DNA from: an uncultured virus (IMG/VR IMGVR_UViG_3300027863_000003)
Lineage: Duplodnaviria; Heunggongvirae; Uroviricota; Caudoviricetes
Direction: 5' to 3' (one strand)
DNA: 20,000 bases
IMG/VR virus record: IMGVR_UViG_3300027863_000003
Part shown: piece after piece, positions 17,390-20,000 of the stretch
Layout: each line of letters starts with the position of its first letter
Numbering within the stretch: the first letter of the stretch is position 1
The notes under the pieces: generated by a model
What the model was told of the DNA's origin: nothing
The model's input: the letters and a program-made list of their open reading frames with translations, nothing else
Database searches by the model: none
Program-made: the position numbers and the translations under genes

Positions 17390-17442
17390 TTGCCCGCCGG
17401 CGCCTAGGCGCCGGCGGGCGGTTGTTGTTGCTCACTCAATCA
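17390..17442 (-). repeat. Gene-boundary repeat copy 2, containing a perfect 28-bp palindrome (17392-17419)
   Basis: GCCCGCCGGCGCCT|AGGCGCCGGCGGGC is its own reverse complement. The flanks match 16704-16750. Confidence 0.85.
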
Positions 17443-17665
17443 CATAACAAGCCCGTGGCTCACCATTAACGTCGGCTTCAATTACACCTGCGCCACCGCC
17501 GAATCTGTCCTCGATACTCGCTTGCAATTCGTCCGCGCTGGCCTGCCTGATGGGTTTACCCGTCTTATAATCATACAACCACGGGCCGGCTAATCCACGA
17601 CCTGTCTTTTTGTGGCTCTTTTGCGAACCACAATTGTGTTTGTGGCTCATATTTTTAGGCTTCAT
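17432..17665 (-). CDS. Hypothetical protein (72-77 aa; start 17665 or 17650)
   Basis: Lies immediately downstream of the ring nuclease gene. Contains ...LYDYKTGKPIRQASADELQASIE...GVIEADVNGEPRACYVIE. Confidence 0.7.
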   Translation of the reverse strand: MKPKNMSHKHNCGSQKSHKKTGRGLAGPWLYDYKTGKPIRQASADELQASIEDRFGGGAGVIEADVNGEPRACYVIE

Positions 17666-17993
17666 AAATCATCCACCATTGAACAGGGTATGATTGTAGT
17701 TCCTCGGCCTTAAGAATTTTGCCCTCTTCGAGACGCCTGCCAAGCGCCCCAACGAGCAAAATATCGCCCTTTGTTATTTTGTAATCTTCCCGATTCATTT
17801 TTACATCCAAATCGAGTTGCGCGGAAAAAAGTTGCGCCGTGGACTCGTGGCCAACAATGGATTTCAACCTGTCAATTGTAATAATTTCCTGAGCTAATGC
17901 ACGCGCTTCCTCCTTGCTTAAAGCGCGGAAACATATAGTATGCGTTTTCCCGTTCAACATGTTTGTACTAAACGCATTTGCCACAATCAGCAT
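17655..17993 (-). CDS. acrIII-1: AcrIII-1 / DUF1874 (STIV B116, SIRV1 gp29, YddF family) cyclic tetra-adenylate ring nuclease, anti-type III CRISPR
   Basis: 112 aa with all family hallmarks: ANAFSTNML, SIVGHESTAQL (catalytic His), NR, and RRLEEGKILKAEEL. RBS AAGGAGG. Confidence 0.93.
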   Translation of the reverse strand: MLIVANAFSTNMLNGKTHTICFRALSKEEARALAQEIITIDRLKSIVGHESTAQLFSAQLDLDVKMNREDYKITKGDILLVGALGRRLEEGKILKAEELQSYPVQWWMIYEA

Positions 17994-18002
17994 ATTCCCT
18001 CC

Positions 18003-18407
18003 TTATTTCTTCCTCCAATGCCAATGCGGGAGCGCTTTTTTAAGCTCCCGGTTTATTTTCCACCCCGAAACCCGTCTGCAAAGCTTAACTGAATCCGCCA
18101 AGACCGTCCCCCTTGGCAACAGGCTCTCTATCTGCCCCGCGCCATTATTCATCCAAACTCTGTTTTCGGCGGCCGGCTCATAATCGCAGTAATAGATTTC
18201 CATATTCAATTCCTGTCTGGTGTCTTCTAGGCATATCGCGTAAATTGCCGCCTCAAGTAAATTCGAGAAAACACACAAAGGCCCGCAGCCGCCTGCCGGC
18301 CTTGTTACTTTGCCAAAGGCATATTCAACGCCGCCCAACATCGTTGGCGTTGTGCATGAATTCAGCCGTCCGTCTGCGCATTTGTTTACTACTTTGAACC
18401 CCTTCAT
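18003..18407 (-). CDS. Paralogue 3 of the 'GYK...GCGPLC...LA' family (134 aa)
   Basis: MKGFKVV...GRLNS...EYAFGKVTRPAGGCGPLCVFSNLLEA...IYYCDYEPA...VW...LPRGTVLADSVKLCRRV. RBS AAGGAGG. Confidence 0.85.
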   Translation of the reverse strand: MKGFKVVNKCADGRLNSCTTPTMLGGVEYAFGKVTRPAGGCGPLCVFSNLLEAAIYAICLEDTRQELNMEIYYCDYEPAAENRVWMNNGAGQIESLLPRGTVLADSVKLCRRVSGWKINRELKKALPHWHWRKK

Positions 18408-18419
18408 GGCAGCCTCCTT

Positions 18420-18905
18420 TTACTCAAGCTCTTTAGCCCAATGTTCCAACAAACGTTGGACTTGATTAACTTCCCAATCATTATCGGCAATCCACCCGTC
18501 TGCCGGAACCCATGACGCATTAAAGAAGCGCCAGTCTTTTTCGTTTTCGGTGCCCCAGTCCACGTCCGAGACTAGAGACCAGTCTTCCCATGGTGTTTTG
18601 CTACCCCGCGGGTAGCAATATTTCGCCGCCTTGCGATTATCAACTTCCACCCATTCCCCATCCGACGGTCCAGGGTCTTCAACCGGAGCCCGCTCGCTCA
18701 AAAGCGTCCGCACGGTTTTGGTGTCCCTCAACCTGATTGGGTTGGGTTCCTCCTCCCACAGGATTTTCCCTTCCTCTGCGTCATACCGCAGAGCAAGGTA
18801 ATGCCCTTTTGGCGTTGATGTAAAGAGGCGCTTGCGAAACTCCGCCACAAGTTCCTCCGCATCCAGATTTTGAAGTCTTTGTGCCAGTTCGTTTGTGTTT
18901 TTCAT
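18420..18905 (-). CDS. Acidic, Trp-rich hypothetical protein (161 aa)
   Basis: GAGG RBS. First gene downstream of the 18906-19123 intergenic region. Confidence 0.8.
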   Translation of the reverse strand: MKNTNELAQRLQNLDAEELVAEFRKRLFTSTPKGHYLALRYDAEEGKILWEEEPNPIRLRDTKTVRTLLSERAPVEDPGPSDGEWVEVDNRKAAKYCYPRGSKTPWEDWSLVSDVDWGTENEKDWRFFNASWVPADGWIADNDWEVNQVQRLLEHWAKELE

Positions 18906-18929
18906 TTTACAGCCTCTCTGCGGCCCAGC

Positions 18930-18973
18930 GGCCAGCTCACACTTGGGTTTATTCCCTTTTGAGCGCTGGTGAC
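18930..18973 (-). repeat. Leader element copy B (putative structured cis-RNA)
   Basis: Ungapped match to 16655-16698. It lies 24 nt upstream of ATG 18905. Confidence 0.75.
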
Positions 18974-19059
18974 TCGCTCTTGTTCTGATGCAAACCTATC
19001 ACCGGCCGAAATTTTTCCAAGAAAAAAAAGTGAAAAAATTTTGCTCATAAAACCGCCTA

Positions 19060-19075
19060 TGGCACGAAAGTTGCT
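19060..19075 (+). promoter_or_regulatory. Sigma-54 (-24/-12) consensus box, + strand
   Basis: TGGCACG-AAAG-TTGCT matches TGGCACG-N4-TTGCW exactly. Confidence 0.7.
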
Positions 19076-19086
19076 TTATTAAAGCC

Positions 19087-19103
19087 AGCAAGTTTTGTGC
19101 CAA
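19087..19103 (-). promoter_or_regulatory. Sigma-54 (-24/-12) consensus box, - strand, facing the acrIII-1 gene run
   Basis: The reverse complement reads TTGGCACA-AAAC-TTGCT, with correct GG-N10-GC spacing. It is intergenic. Confidence 0.72.
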
Positions 19104-19123
19104 GCCGTAAAAGTTTGGCCTTT

Positions 19124-19354
19124 TTATTTTGTGCTCTCACGTTCCTTCTCGTTCTCTTCCGGCAGGTACCGCCTTGCAAGCGATTTGATTTTTCTCACTG
19201 AATCGTACAAATCGCAGCCGTCTCTTTCCAGCCTTTCAATAATCCGGTCGGCAATGGGGTCAGGCAATTTCTCTGACGGCCCATGCTGTTGAATGGCCTC
19301 GTAGATTTGCTCGCAAATATCAGTGAGCTGTTTTTCAATTTTTTCAATCTTCAT
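19124..19354 (-). CDS. Small helical, charged hypothetical protein (76 aa, MKIEKIEKQL...)
   Basis: GGAGG RBS before the ATG at 19354. Confidence 0.75.
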   Translation of the reverse strand: MKIEKIEKQLTDICEQIYEAIQQHGPSEKLPDPIADRIIERLERDGCDLYDSVRKIKSLARRYLPEENEKERESTK

Positions 19355-19378
19355 GTTGCCTCCATTTAATTTCAATTT

Positions 19379-19404
19379 GTGCCCCGTGATTGCTCACGGG
19401 GCAC
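19379..19404. other. Intergenic 11-bp perfect hairpin (GCAA tetraloop on - strand); possible + strand terminator or processing/stability stem
   Basis: GTGCCCCGTGA-TTGC-TCACGGGGCAC, followed by CTTTGTTATT on the + strand. There is no U-tract on the - strand. Confidence 0.65.
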
Positions 19405-19409
19405 CTTTG

Positions 19410-20000
19410 TTATTGCACTCTCTCTTCAATTTTGACCGCATCGGCCAGGTCTGTCCCGGCCGAAAGGTGATAAACTGAAACAGGCAGGAGCACATTTGTC
19501 CACACCTGAGTTTCTTGTGACGGCTTATATTTGCAACGGTAGATTTCCTTGGCCCGCTGTTTCTGATACCTCTTTCGGCCTGCAAAGAATTGAGCCGTTT
19601 CCAAGGTTCGGAAAACGCTCAACGGCCCATGCCCAGGTTCCGGCGTTGTTACCTCGCCTAGGCGATATTCCTTGCGGCCCTCAGTCACCGTGAGCAGTGG
19701 TGACACTAACCTGCCATCACACGTTCGGATTAACACCTTATAACCGTCTGTCCATTCCTCTCCGCATGGCCGCCAGCGGCAGCCTTTGTTACTGTATTCC
19801 GGCTGCACCATGTTATTGGAATACACTACTTTTCTTCCCCCGCTTTTAGGATTTACCTCCATTATGAGATAACTCCCGCTTGTCCCGCCTTCTTCATCCT
19901 CCCTTCTTTTTATTTGTTCCACGTGCTTTTCCGCCTTTGAGCGGCTGTAGTGCCAGCCCAGCAAGGCGGTATGCTCAACCTTTTCATCGAATGGTGTAAA
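19410..20000 (-). CDS. Paralogue 4 of the 'GYK...GxGPL...LA' family, fused to an N-terminal small domain; 5'-truncated
   Basis: The frame is open to the window end (FTPFDEKVEHTALLGWHY...). C-terminal WTDGYKVL...GRLVS...EYRLGEVTTPEPGHGPLSVFRTLETA...IYRCKYKPS...VW...LSAGTDLADAVKIEERV. Confidence 0.85.
   Translation of the reverse strand, partial: FTPFDEKVEHTALLGWHYSRSKAEKHVEQIKRREDEEGGTSGSYLIMEVNPKSGGRKVVYSNNMVQPEYSNKGCRWRPCGEEWTDGYKVLIRTCDGRLVSPLLTVTEGRKEYRLGEVTTPEPGHGPLSVFRTLETAQFFAGRKRYQKQRAKEIYRCKYKPSQETQVWTNVLLPVSVYHLSAGTDLADAVKIEERVQ

Noticed and set aside
16655..19404. Repeats as a CRISPR mini-array or Racr-type solitary repeat
   Set aside because: They are dispersed rather than regularly spaced and lack a recognisable CRISPR repeat end such as GAAAC or ATTGAAA(C/G) within the repeated units. 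A repeat-database search would be needed to exclude this fully.
12706..19693. + strand ORFs opposite the small-gene run (e.g. 12706-13383, 15475-15876)
   Set aside because: They lie antisense to RBS-bearing, tightly packed - strand genes and have no protein-like signatures.

Overview
The window looks like part of a phage or prophage genome with two convergent blocks. The + strand (1-12541) carries one giant ORF that is open from the window start (>4070 aa). It reads as a virion-injected 'polyvalent' protein: Pro/Lys/Glu-rich linkers, a DdrB-type ParB-like domain, a strawberry-notch-like SF2 helicase, an HExxH metallopeptidase-like motif, a long helical region with hydrophobic segments, and a basic tail. 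An HU/IHF-family gene is coupled to it by an ATGA overlap. The - strand (12631-20000) is a dense run of 16 small accessory or early-type genes. It includes a recognisable AcrIII-1 (DUF1874) cA4 ring nuclease, four diverged paralogues of one uncharacterised ~115-aa domain (possible ADP-ribosyltransferase-like fold), and a DUF3150-like gene. Intergenic spaces hold a face-to-face pair of consensus sigma-54 boxes, a duplicated 44-nt leader element with a compensatory base change, and a family of GTGAGCAA-associated hairpins. No rRNA, tRNA, CRISPR array, integrase or transposase was seen. All family calls are from remembered motifs, not database searches.
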